From Breznakiellaceae bacterium (lineage in GTDB: Bacteria; Spirochaetota; Spirochaetia; Treponematales; Breznakiellaceae): DNA of 64,000 nt. The stretch covers positions 315-64,314 of the forward strand of contig CAXNJE010000001.1 in assembly GCA_964202565.1 (NCBI GenBank), given 5' to 3'. Within the stretch, counting starts at the first letter, position 1. Each line of letters begins with the position of its first letter. Shown here in pieces: positions 1-9,943 of this stretch. Both the position numbers and the translations under genes were made by a program. The notes beneath the pieces were generated by a model, which had not been told where the DNA came from, searched no databases, and was given only the letters and a program-made list of their open reading frames with translations.

Positions 1-2
1 TT

Positions 3-908
3 GTGGTGGCGGCGGCCCAGGATGACGCGGTTTTGGCGGCCGTGGAGGCTGCGCGGCGGGAAGGCATAGCCCGGGCTGTGCTGATAGGCGACAGGGAAGC
101 CATCGCGCGCATTGCGGAGGCCGAAGGGATAGATCTTTCGAATTATGAACTTATCCACGAGACGGATGTGGCCAAGGCGGCGGCTGCCGCGGTTGCCCAT
201 GTACGAAACGGGGAAGCCCTTTTGGTGATGAAGGGACTGCTCGACACCTCGGTCTTGCTGAAAGCGGTGCTGAACAAGGAAACGGGGCTTAACGCGGGGC
301 GTCTGGTAAGCCACGTGGGCGTTCTGGAGTCGCCCTATTACCATAAACTTTTTGTGGTGACCGACGCGGCCATCAATATCGCACCGACTTTGGCAGAAAA
401 GATCGACATCATCCGGAATGCGGTGGATTGCGCCCGTGCCATAGGTGTGCAACTGCCCAAAGTGGCGCTCCTGGCTGCGGTGGAAAAGGTGAACGCCGAA
501 AAAATGCCCTGTACCGCCGATGCGGCCATCCTTACCCAGATGAACCGGCGGGGTCAGATACCCTTCTGCATCATTGATGGTCCCCTCGCACTGGACAATG
601 CGGTGAGTGCGGAAGCGGCCAGGATAAAAAAGATAGACAGTCCCGTGGCTGGCGACGCGGATATACTGGTGGCGCCTGACATCGAGGCGGGCAACGTCCT
701 GTACAAGGCCTTGCTGGACATGGGCGGCGCCAAGGGTGCCGGCCTGGTGTGCGGCGCCAAGGCTCCCATCATCCTTACCAGCCGTGCGGACAGTGCCCAA
801 ACCAAGCTGGCATCCATCGCCCTGGGCATTCTGGCGGCACTTGGCATGCCGGATGCGCAGGCTAAGCTCTCGGTTTTGCCCAAATCAAGCTCCGTTCCCG
901 GCGCTTAG
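3..908 (+). CDS. ptb: phosphate butyryltransferase (Pta/Ptb family); 5' end cut by window edge
   Basis: ORF runs in from the window edge. Pta/Ptb-type motifs read by eye (MKGLLDTS, VTDAAINIAP, IDGPLALDNAVS, DILVAPDIEAGNVLYK). Lies directly upstream of a 2-oxoacid:ferredoxin oxidoreductase operon. Confidence 0.8.
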   Translation: MVAAAQDDAVLAAVEAARREGIARAVLIGDREAIARIAEAEGIDLSNYELIHETDVAKAAAAAVAHVRNGEALLVMKGLLDTSVLLKAVLNKETGLNAGRLVSHVGVLESPYYHKLFVVTDAAINIAPTLAEKIDIIRNAVDCARAIGVQLPKVALLAAVEKVNAEKMPCTADAAILTQMNRRGQIPFCIIDGPLALDNAVSAEAARIKKIDSPVAGDADILVAPDIEAGNVLYKALLDMGGAKGAGLVCGAKAPIILTSRADSAQTKLASIALGILAALGMPDAQAKLSVLPKSSSVPGA

Positions 909-1002
909 ACCAAAGCCGGGTGAGCCGCTTGTATCCATTCAGGTTCCAGTGTGTTGTTTTTATATACATGCTCTGTTTTGAATTATTTCCCAAGGAGGCT
1001 GT

Positions 1003-1229
1003 ATGGCCAAGCGAGGCAAGGTAATAATTGACCGCGAACGCTGCAAGAGCTGCTACCTGTGCGTGCGCGCGTGTCCGGTAAAGGTTCTGGCACCTGATAC
1101 CAAGATGAACTCGACGGGAACCTATCCGTCGTTTGCCAAATTTACTGAAAAATGCATAGCCTGCGGCAACTGTTTCCAGGTGTGCCCCGACGTATGCATC
1201 GAAGTGTTCGAGCTTGAGGGAGGCGAGGT

Positions 1230-1233
<4 letters not shown>
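1003..1233 (+). CDS. 2-oxoacid:ferredoxin oxidoreductase delta subunit (2x[4Fe-4S] ferredoxin)
   Basis: 76 aa with two CxxCxxCxxxCP motifs (CKSCYLCVRACP, CIACGNCFQVCP). AGGAGG lies 4 nt upstream of the ATG. The stop overlaps the next start (ATGA at 1230). Confidence 0.8.
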
Positions 1234-2369
<1,136 letters not shown>

Positions 2370-2371
2370 AA

Positions 2372-3130
2372 ATGAAAAAGTTGTATGGTCATCCTGAAAG
2401 CCTCGCCAAGGTTCAGACAAAGTACTGCGCCGGTTGCGGCCACGGAGTCATCCATAGGATGATAGCCGAAGTGCTGGACGAAATGGGCGTCCAAGAGAAG
2501 TCCATCATCACGAATCCCGTAGGCTGTTCAATCTGGGCAGACCTGTATTTCCTTTTCGACTCGGTCCAGCCCGCCCACGGCAGGACACCGGCGGCGGCCA
2601 CTGGCATCAAACGCATGCTCCCGGACCACCTGGTAATCTGCTACCAGGGTGACGGCGACCTCGCCGCCATCGGCACCGCGGAGATAATCCACGCCGCCAA
2701 CAGGGGCGAGAAGTTCACCACTATTTTCGTGAACAACGCCATTTACGGTATGACCGGCGGCCAGATGGCGCCCACTACGCTGATAGGCCAGAAAGCTGCC
2801 ACAGCGCCCCTCGGCCGGGATGCGGGGCTTCCCGGTATGGGTTATCCCATCCGGGTATCGGAACTCCTGGCCCAGCTTGAGGGGACCCGCTATATCGCAC
2901 GGGGTTCGGTGAACAACGCGGCCAACGTGCGCAAGACCAAATCCTACATCAAGAAGGCTTTCCAGGCGCAAATGGCGGGGGTGGGCTTCACCATGGTGGA
3001 AATCCTGTCCCCCTGCCCCACCAACTGGAGCCAGGAACCGGTAGAAGCCGTCGATTGGCTCGAGAACAGCATGATTCCCGTCTACCCCCTGGGCGAAATC
3101 AAGAACCAACTCGTGGAGGGAAAATCATGA
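2372..3130 (+). CDS. 2-oxoacid:ferredoxin oxidoreductase beta subunit (TPP-binding)
   Basis: The in-frame ATG at 2372 (MKKLYGHPE) lies 2 nt after the alpha stop; the longer ORF-track start overlaps alpha. Motifs: CAGCGHG and the TPP motif CYQGDGDLAAIG...NN. Confidence 0.85.
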   Translation: MKKLYGHPESLAKVQTKYCAGCGHGVIHRMIAEVLDEMGVQEKSIITNPVGCSIWADLYFLFDSVQPAHGRTPAAATGIKRMLPDHLVICYQGDGDLAAIGTAEIIHAANRGEKFTTIFVNNAIYGMTGGQMAPTTLIGQKAATAPLGRDAGLPGMGYPIRVSELLAQLEGTRYIARGSVNNAANVRKTKSYIKKAFQAQMAGVGFTMVEILSPCPTNWSQEPVEAVDWLENSMIPVYPLGEIKNQLVEGKS

Positions 3131-3660
3131 TCGAGAAATCCTTCTTTGCAGGTTTCGGCGGGCAGGGAATCATTTCCCTGGGCCAAATCTGGGTATATTG
3201 CGGTATGGAAGAGGGCAAGAACGTTACCTTCTTTCCTTTTTACGGCGCGGAAAAGCGTGGCGGCATAGCCCGGGCGGGGGTCGTCATTTCCGACGAGGAA
3301 ATCGCCAGTCCCCTGGTTACAACCCCGGATTCGGTCATCGTGATGAATCAGGATTCGATGGCGCTGTGCGAAAAGATGCTCAAGCCCGGTGGCCTGATGC
3401 TGGTCAATTCCAGTCTGGTGAGCCAAGGTCCTGCGCGCACGGATCTGCGGGTTGTACGTTTGGCGGTCCAGGAAATTGCCGAGCGCATAGGGGATGCCAA
3501 GATCGCGAACATGGTCGCCCTGGGTGCCATGGCCAAGCTTACAGGCGCCCTCGACCTGACAAATGTCGAGAAGATCCTGAAGAAGTTTTTCCCCGAGAGC
3601 AAGCATAAATTCGTGCCCATGAATGTCGAGGCTATTACGGCCGGCATGAAGGCTGTTTAG
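3127..3660 (+). CDS. 2-oxoacid:ferredoxin oxidoreductase gamma subunit
   Basis: The ATG at 3127 overlaps the beta stop (ATGA). The N-terminus FAGFGGQGIISLG is typical of gamma subunits. Confidence 0.85.
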   Translation: MIEKSFFAGFGGQGIISLGQIWVYCGMEEGKNVTFFPFYGAEKRGGIARAGVVISDEEIASPLVTTPDSVIVMNQDSMALCEKMLKPGGLMLVNSSLVSQGPARTDLRVVRLAVQEIAERIGDAKIANMVALGAMAKLTGALDLTNVEKILKKFFPESKHKFVPMNVEAITAGMKAV

Positions 3661-3736
3661 CAAAAATCACGATAGGTTTTTGCTCAGGAATGCGCTCCAT
3701 GGTATATAGTGGTATAAACTGTTTGCGAGGTCATTC

Positions 3737-5212
3737 ATGAGCAAAAATTCGGTCCTGCCGGAAACGGCAGGCGAAAAAAACGATGTGTACGATGTAGTGA
3801 TTGTGGGTTGTGGGGTATCGGGCGCCAACATTGCCCGTCGTCTTTCGGTCTACAAGCTACGTGTGGCTGTCCTGGAGAAGGAAACCGATGTCTCTTTCGG
3901 TACCTCCAAGGCGAACTCGGGCATAGTCCACGGCGGTTTCCACCACAACCGCAAATACCTGAAGGCACGTCTGGAAATTCAGGGTGCGATGATGTTTGAC
4001 CGCCTGCGCCGGGAGTTGGACTTTCCGTTCAGGCGTTGTGGCATCATCGTCGCGGCCATGCATGAGGACGAGATGAAGGCCGTGGAGCACCTGTACATGC
4101 AGGGCGCCGACAACGGCGTTATCGGCATAGAGATGTGCTCCAGGGAACGTATACTGGATCTGGAACCCAAGTTGAGCCAGGACGTGGTGGGCGGTCTGTA
4201 CGCCCCCGCAGGCGGCATCGTGGAGCCCTACCGTTTCGTGTTTGCCCTGGTGGAATCGGCCAAGAAAAACGGCGTTTCCGTCTTTACCGACTACATGCTC
4301 GATGGTGCCAAATGGGACGCCGCCACATCCACCTGGACCCTTCATGCCGCCGACGGCCGTAGCCTGCGGGCGCGTTATGTCGTCAATTCCGCCGGGCTCT
4401 ACGCCGACGAGGTTTCCCGCACGTTCGGCGCCGAAGACTTCCATATTTCCGCCCGCAAGGGCGAATATTACCTTTTGGACCGTCTGACCAAGGCCCGACC
4501 CTCCCGTGTCGTCTTTCCCGTGCCCACCGCGGTCTCCAAGGGCATGCTCGTCATCCCCACCGTCGAGGGGACTGTGTTGGTGGGACCCACTGCCGACGCG
4601 ACTGAGGACAAGACCGACCTGGCCACCACTTCCATGCGTCTGGAACAGATCCTGGACTCGGGGCGTAAAATGATCCCCTCCCTAAGCCGTAACGATGTCA
4701 TCACCAGTTTCGCCGGGCTCCGACCCGTCCTGGACGAGGACTTCTATATCGAGGCTTCCAAGAAGGCTCCCGCCCTTATCCAGGTGGCAGGCATCCAGTC
4801 GCCCGGCCTCACCGCCTCGCCAGCGATAGGCGAATACGTGAAGGACCTCCTCAAAGGCCTGGGCCTGGAACTCACCGAAAAAAGCGATTGGGATCCCTTC
4901 ATCGATCGGCATCCAAGGGTGAGGGAATCCACACCCTACGAGCGGGATGAGCTGATCGCGAAGGATCCGGCTTACGGCAACCTGGTTTGCCGCTGCGAGA
5001 ACGTGTCTGAGGCGGAGATAGTCGAGGCCGTCCGTCTGGGGCACCGCACGCTGGACGGGGTAAAATACTTTACCCGTGCCCAGATGGGGCGTTGCCAGGG
5101 CGGTTTCTGCACCTATAAGATCATCAAGATCATCATGCGCGAGACGGGTCTTACGTACGACCAGGTCACCAAACACGGCAGCGCGAGCCGGGTGCTGGAG
5201 GGCGAGCTATGA
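3737..5212 (+). CDS. FAD-dependent oxidoreductase, glycerol-3-phosphate dehydrogenase-like, with C-terminal BFD-like [2Fe-2S] domain
   Basis: GxGxxG dinucleotide fold (VVIVGCGVSGANIA). C-terminal CRCENVSEAEI...GRCQGGFC cysteine pattern. First gene of the recurrent FAD oxidoreductase / pyridine-nucleotide oxidoreductase / DUF1667 trio. Confidence 0.75.
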   Translation: MSKNSVLPETAGEKNDVYDVVIVGCGVSGANIARRLSVYKLRVAVLEKETDVSFGTSKANSGIVHGGFHHNRKYLKARLEIQGAMMFDRLRRELDFPFRRCGIIVAAMHEDEMKAVEHLYMQGADNGVIGIEMCSRERILDLEPKLSQDVVGGLYAPAGGIVEPYRFVFALVESAKKNGVSVFTDYMLDGAKWDAATSTWTLHAADGRSLRARYVVNSAGLYADEVSRTFGAEDFHISARKGEYYLLDRLTKARPSRVVFPVPTAVSKGMLVIPTVEGTVLVGPTADATEDKTDLATTSMRLEQILDSGRKMIPSLSRNDVITSFAGLRPVLDEDFYIEASKKAPALIQVAGIQSPGLTASPAIGEYVKDLLKGLGLELTEKSDWDPFIDRHPRVRESTPYERDELIAKDPAYGNLVCRCENVSEAEIVEAVRLGHRTLDGVKYFTRAQMGRCQGGFCTYKIIKIIMRETGLTYDQVTKHGSASRVLEGEL

Positions 5213-6462
5213 AAGAACTCCGCTACGACGCCGTCGTTATCGGCGCGGGCGCCGCAGGCATGGCCGCCGCCCTGGAAATAGAGGCTGGTGGTTTCACCTG
5301 TGCCCTCCTGGACCGCGAGGACCAACTGGGTGGCATCCTGCCCCAGTGCATCCACAACGGCTTCGGCCTGCACGAATTCGGCAAGGAGCTCACCGGCCCC
5401 GAGTTCGCCGAACTGTTCGAGGAAAAAGTCCTGGCCAGCAAGGTTTCCATCCACCTGGGGACCACCGTATTCTCCATCAATGCCCAAGGCGTCGCGGACA
5501 AGGAAATCCTCTGTTCGTCGGCAGCCAATGGGGTCATACGGATTCTATGTAGGGTTGTGGTGCTTGCCATGGGTTGCCGCGAGAGGAATCGCGGCAATAT
5601 CCGCATTCCCGGGTCGCGGCCTGCTGGCATATATACCGCAGGGCTGGCCCAGCGTCTGGTGAATATCGAGGGCTACGTACCAGGCCGTAACGTGGTGGTC
5701 ATAGGTTCCGGTGACATAGGCCTGATCATGGCCCGCCGCATGAGCTGGGTGGGCTGTTCGGTAAAGGCGGTCATCGAAATCATGCCCTATCCGTCGGGGC
5801 TGACGCGCAATATCGTCCAATGCCTGAACGACTTTGACATACCGCTCCACCTGTCCTGCCAGACCACCAACATCTACGGCAAGGACCGGGTCGAGGGTAT
5901 CGAGGTGACTCCCCTGGAAAACGGCGCGCCGGTACCGGAAAAGGCTTTCCGCATACCCTGCGACACGGTCCTGCTTTCTGTGGGCTTGGTGCCTGAAAAC
6001 GAATTGTCCAAGGAAGCCGGTGTCGAGCTGAACGCCATGACCAACGGTCCGCTGGTGGATTCCACGCTTATGACCAGCGTGGATGGCGTATTCGCCTGCG
6101 GGAACGTGCTCCACGTCCACGATCTGGTGGACTGGGTGGCAGAGGAAGCCCGACAGGCGGGGCGCCATGCGGTTGCCTGGCTCAAGGGTGAGAGGCCCAA
6201 GGTCCAGTGCCGCCTTAAGGCCGGTTCCAACGTGCGTTACGCCAATCCGGGGCGGCTGGATCCCAATCGCAAGAACAAGGTGTACCTGCGCAGCCTCATC
6301 GTCAAAAACGACGCGGTGTTGGAACTCAAGCTCAACAACCGTATCCTGCGGAGCGAGAAAAAGGGACATATCCAACCTTCGGAGATGATAACCCTTTCCG
6401 TCGGACCCACTGATCTTGAAGGAGCTGATTCCGACGCGGTACTCGAAGTGTCGCTGGTGTAG
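5209..6462 (+). CDS. pyridine nucleotide-disulfide family FAD/NAD(P) oxidoreductase
   Basis: Two Rossmann motifs (AVVIGAGAAGMAAA, VVVIGSGDIGL) and FACGNV near the C-terminal third. The start overlaps the upstream stop (ATGA). Confidence 0.75.
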   Translation: MKELRYDAVVIGAGAAGMAAALEIEAGGFTCALLDREDQLGGILPQCIHNGFGLHEFGKELTGPEFAELFEEKVLASKVSIHLGTTVFSINAQGVADKEILCSSAANGVIRILCRVVVLAMGCRERNRGNIRIPGSRPAGIYTAGLAQRLVNIEGYVPGRNVVVIGSGDIGLIMARRMSWVGCSVKAVIEIMPYPSGLTRNIVQCLNDFDIPLHLSCQTTNIYGKDRVEGIEVTPLENGAPVPEKAFRIPCDTVLLSVGLVPENELSKEAGVELNAMTNGPLVDSTLMTSVDGVFACGNVLHVHDLVDWVAEEARQAGRHAVAWLKGERPKVQCRLKAGSNVRYANPGRLDPNRKNKVYLRSLIVKNDAVLELKLNNRILRSEKKGHIQPSEMITLSVGPTDLEGADSDAVLEVSLV

Positions 6463-6473
6463 GGGGACTGATT

Positions 6474-6884
6474 TTGAGCGAATTGACCTGCATAGTATGT
6501 CCTATAGGTTGTGCCCTATCCATCAGGGAGAACGCGGATGGTACCCTCGCGGTAAGCGGGAATCGTTGCCCCAGGGGCACAGCCTACGCGGTGGAGGAGC
6601 TTCGTTCCCCCAAACGCATGGTTACTGCCACCTGCCGGCTGGTTTCGGCTGTGGCGTGTGGGGATGACGGTTCTCTTCCGGAGCCGCCAGGACGGCAGGG
6701 TCTTTGCGACCCCAGGCGCGTGCCGGTTCGCAGCAGCGCTCCCTGCCCCAAGGAACGGGTTCCCGATTTGTTGGCCGCCATTTATGCAAAAACCGTACAG
6801 GTCCCCGTCAAATGCAGGGACTTGGTTATTGAAAATTGGATGGGAACCGGTATCGACGTAGTGGCCTCCCGTTCGTTAGAATAG
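6474..6884 (+). CDS. DUF1667 domain protein (third member of the G3P-dehydrogenase-like trio)
   Basis: 136 aa. The N-terminal CIVCPIGC...GNRCPRG cysteine motif is typical of DUF1667. Position matches the known trio. Confidence 0.7.
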   Translation: MSELTCIVCPIGCALSIRENADGTLAVSGNRCPRGTAYAVEELRSPKRMVTATCRLVSAVACGDDGSLPEPPGRQGLCDPRRVPVRSSAPCPKERVPDLLAAIYAKTVQVPVKCRDLVIENWMGTGIDVVASRSLE

Positions 6885-6888
6885 CACC

Positions 6889-7335
6889 ATGGCTAATATG
6901 AATGATCCTGCGGAATTCTGGCGCGATTATGAGGCAAAGATAGGTGAGAAGATCCTCAAATACGGCTTGGGCCGTTACCTGTCGGGCTGGGACGAATTCA
7001 AGAGCGATCTTTGGGGTTTGGTCATCGTTACCGAAGGTGGTTTCCGTTTCCACCATTTTCCCCACGAAGGCTGGCTCGGAGCGCTTACCCGCGTTGGCGG
7101 CGGCGGGGGATCTACCCCTACCGAGAAGACACTCCACATCCCAAAGTCATCCTTTGTCTCGATCATTCTGAAACGGGAAAAGTCCCTGCTCAGACGCATC
7201 ATCGCACCCATGATGCCCACAATCCTGGTTACATACAGGAAGGTGGATGGCGGTGATGGTATTCTGATTTTTGAGTTGGACCGCGAGCCGGAGGCCTTTG
7301 TTGCAGCCCTCCAGGAACTGGTTCCTACCGCCTGA
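6889..7335 (+). CDS. hypothetical protein
   Basis: 148-aa ORF starting 4 nt after the DUF1667 stop. Contains a GGGGGS linker and no motif I recognise. Followed by an 11-bp-stem hairpin. Confidence 0.5.
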   Translation: MANMNDPAEFWRDYEAKIGEKILKYGLGRYLSGWDEFKSDLWGLVIVTEGGFRFHHFPHEGWLGALTRVGGGGGSTPTEKTLHIPKSSFVSIILKREKSLLRRIIAPMMPTILVTYRKVDGGDGILIFELDREPEAFVAALQELVPTA

Positions 7336-7339
7336 GCCA

Positions 7340-7376
7340 TTCAACAAAGCGTGTTGAGCCAACAAGCTTTGTTGAA
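7340..7376. terminator. inverted repeat between convergent genes (possible terminator)
   Basis: TTCAACAAAGC-N15-GCTTTGTTGAA, an 11-bp perfect stem. No clear U-tract. Confidence 0.35.
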
Positions 7377-7392
7377 CCAGGGAAGAACCTGT

Positions 7393-8514
7393 CTAAATAG
7401 TAATAATTCTTGATCTTGTAAGTACTTCTGGCCCTTTAGCCGTCATGAGCACATCATTTTCCAGCCGGCAGCCACCGTGTACCGGATCGTATAGGCCAGG
7501 CTCCAGGGTAAAGACCATCCCCGCCGCGAGCCTCCATTCGTTATCTGCCCTACTCCGTATCCAGGGCGCCTCATGGGCTTCGAGTCCTATTCCGTGGCCC
7601 AGAGAGTGGGGCATGGTTTTTTTTGCCTTTCCAAAAAGCGATTCGACCGCCAACGAGAGCTCCCGTGTTGGAAAATCCACCATGCACATGCTCAAGGCCA
7701 GGTCGTAAGCTTTCTTCACCAGGCTGACCATACGGTCCTGGGCTTTGGTCAGGGTTCCACGGCAGACGGTAAGGGTTACGTCCGTCGTGTAGCCCTTGTA
7801 TTTAAGTCCGAAGTCCAGGATTGACAGCCCCTGCGCGGCGAAGGGGTTGGAGGTAAAAGCCGGAACGGCGTGGATGCCGAAACTGCGAGCGGGGCCAGCA
7901 GCTATGGTCTCGAATCCTGTTCCCTCACAATCCTTATCCCTTGCTACGGCCTCGATGTACAACGCAATATCCGTTTCTGTCGCGAAGGCACCGGCCTTGA
8001 GTTTCTTTTCAAGCAGGTCGATGACTTGGTTGGTCTTGGCGGAGGCTTCCCGGTAAAGTCGGATCTCCTCCTCGTCCTTTATGGCCCGCAAAGCCGCGAT
8101 TTCTTCGGAGGCCCCGCCGTCCCGGCAAAGGACGTCGTAGTCGCCCAAGCCCTCCACAAATTTGAGGAAAATGGGATAGGGTGTGACCGAAGGAATCTCG
8201 ACCCTTGAACCGGCGGGAATCTTGAAGAATTCTGCAATGGCTAGCGCGGCTTTTATGGGCTGCCGCTCGAATTCGCTATAGGGCACCATGGCTTCCGCAT
8301 TGGCGTACATTTTGGCCATATTGATGTCCCAGGGTACGAGGGCGCAGCGCTTATCCACCGAAAGGAAAAGAAGCGCATCCCCCGGTTGGCCACTCAGCCA
8401 ACGAATAGCGGGGTCCCGTTTGCCTTCCGTATCTTCGAGCATCAACATGGCAACGCCTTCGCGGGCCATCCAATCGTACAGGCGATCACGTCTTGTGGAG
8501 AAGGAACTATTCAT
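7393..8514 (-). CDS. M24-family Xaa-Pro peptidase (aminopeptidase P / prolidase type)
   Basis: 373 aa. Metal-ligand region HSLGHGIGLEAHEAP and LEPGLY...ENDVL are typical of M24B. Confidence 0.85.
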   Translation of the reverse strand: MNSSFSTRRDRLYDWMAREGVAMLMLEDTEGKRDPAIRWLSGQPGDALLFLSVDKRCALVPWDINMAKMYANAEAMVPYSEFERQPIKAALAIAEFFKIPAGSRVEIPSVTPYPIFLKFVEGLGDYDVLCRDGGASEEIAALRAIKDEEEIRLYREASAKTNQVIDLLEKKLKAGAFATETDIALYIEAVARDKDCEGTGFETIAAGPARSFGIHAVPAFTSNPFAAQGLSILDFGLKYKGYTTDVTLTVCRGTLTKAQDRMVSLVKKAYDLALSMCMVDFPTRELSLAVESLFGKAKKTMPHSLGHGIGLEAHEAPWIRSRADNEWRLAAGMVFTLEPGLYDPVHGGCRLENDVLMTAKGPEVLTRSRIITI

Positions 8515-8619
8515 CCACCTATAATGCCGTCAGAACGGCTTCCGGCTCAAGCCCCGGTGTGTGGTTCCCGAGCTTGCCGAGGCGGCTTTCCGGCGTTACA
8601 CTTGAGGCCGAGGGTAGCA

Positions 8620-9924
8620 ATGCGTTTCAGATCCACCCGCACTCCTGATTCCACCGTTTCCTTCAAGGACGCTGTCCTTCAGTGCCTGCCTATAGATGGC
8701 GGCTTATACGTTCCGGTCGCCCCGGTCGACCTCAGGCAATTCTTTCTGTATATGGACGAGTCCACCAGCTATCCCGATTTGGTTGCCACCGCCATGTCCC
8801 CCTTGTTGGAGGGCGAGCTCAACCCCATGTCTGCTTCCCGGGTTGCGGAAAGCGCCTTCGCCTTCGAACCCGTACTGCACCGTCTGGATGACCGGCTTTC
8901 CTTGCTGGAGCTGCATAACGGTCCCACAGGGGTTTTCAAGGACTTTGGCATAGCCTTCCTGGCAGCGGTGATGGAAGAATTGCTTAAGGGTGGTGGCCGT
9001 GCGATGACACTGACGGCGAGTACGGGAGATACCGGATCGAGCGTAGCACAGGCCTTCGCCGGACGAAAGGGCATTACGACGGTCATCCTCTATCCCAAAG
9101 GCCACGTTCGGGGTTTGGACCCTACCACCTTCATTCAGAACGGTGGAAATATACTCCCCATCCAGATTGAGGGTACCTTCGACGATTGCCAGCGCCTCAT
9201 ACTCGAGGCTTTCGAGGATAGGCCTTTCGCGCTCCGATATGGGCTGACCAGCGCCAACGCCATCAATATCGGAAGGCTATTGCCCCAATCTTTTTACTTT
9301 CTGTTTGCATTCATCAAGCTGAAGCGCGAGGTGAGCGGGGATCTTTTCTTCAGTGTTCCCTCGGGCAATTTCGGTAACCTGATCGCTGGTTTGTACGCCT
9401 GGAAATTCGGCATGCCCGTAAACGGCTTCATTGCCGCCATGAATTCGAACGATGCATTTGGTGATTATCTACGTGGAAAGGCGTTTTCCCCGCGTCCCCC
9501 GATCACCACCGTTTCCTCTTCCATGGACGTAGGCAATCCCTCCAACTACGAGCGCTTGGCAAGTTTCTACTCCGAGGCGCCTTCGGTGATGCGCAATATG
9601 GTTTTTCCGGAAACGGTGGACGATGCTGCTACCAAGGCCGCCATGGTCCGGGCCTGGAAGACCCATGGGGTTCTGTTGGACCCCCACGGGGCGGTTGGCT
9701 ATGCGGCTGCCGAAAGGGCTCTCGCCAGCGATCTGGAAGGCGGCCATGTGGTTGTCATCTCTACGGGCCATCCCGCCAAGTATGCCAAACTAGTCGAAAG
9801 CGTAACCGGCCAGGCACCTGTAATCCCCAAAGCCCTCTCATCGCTGGCGCTTGAAGTGGAGCCTGTCGCAACCATCGCTGCCCGGCTGGATGTTCTGGAA
9901 GCCGTCATCGCCGGTTGTTGTTGA
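8620..9924 (+). CDS. thrC: threonine synthase
   Basis: The ATG at 8620 (MRFRSTR...) is preceded by GAGG; the longer ORF-track start overlaps the divergent peptidase gene. PLP-lysine context GPTGVFKDFG and glycine loop SSGNFG-like SGNFGN. Confidence 0.85.
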   Translation: MRFRSTRTPDSTVSFKDAVLQCLPIDGGLYVPVAPVDLRQFFLYMDESTSYPDLVATAMSPLLEGELNPMSASRVAESAFAFEPVLHRLDDRLSLLELHNGPTGVFKDFGIAFLAAVMEELLKGGGRAMTLTASTGDTGSSVAQAFAGRKGITTVILYPKGHVRGLDPTTFIQNGGNILPIQIEGTFDDCQRLILEAFEDRPFALRYGLTSANAINIGRLLPQSFYFLFAFIKLKREVSGDLFFSVPSGNFGNLIAGLYAWKFGMPVNGFIAAMNSNDAFGDYLRGKAFSPRPPITTVSSSMDVGNPSNYERLASFYSEAPSVMRNMVFPETVDDAATKAAMVRAWKTHGVLLDPHGAVGYAAAERALASDLEGGHVVVISTGHPAKYAKLVESVTGQAPVIPKALSSLALEVEPVATIAARLDVLEAVIAGCC

Positions 9925-9943
9925 TTTTGGACTCGCGACAAGA

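Noticed and set aside
8386-8619. ORF-track 5' extensions of thrC. The same issue applies to 2090-2371, 3055-3126, 31605-31700 and 49691-50008.
   Set aside because: The extensions overlap the upstream or divergent genes and translate to Arg/Pro/Gly-rich sequence. In each case an internal ATG gives the family-typical N-terminus and tight coupling to the preceding stop.
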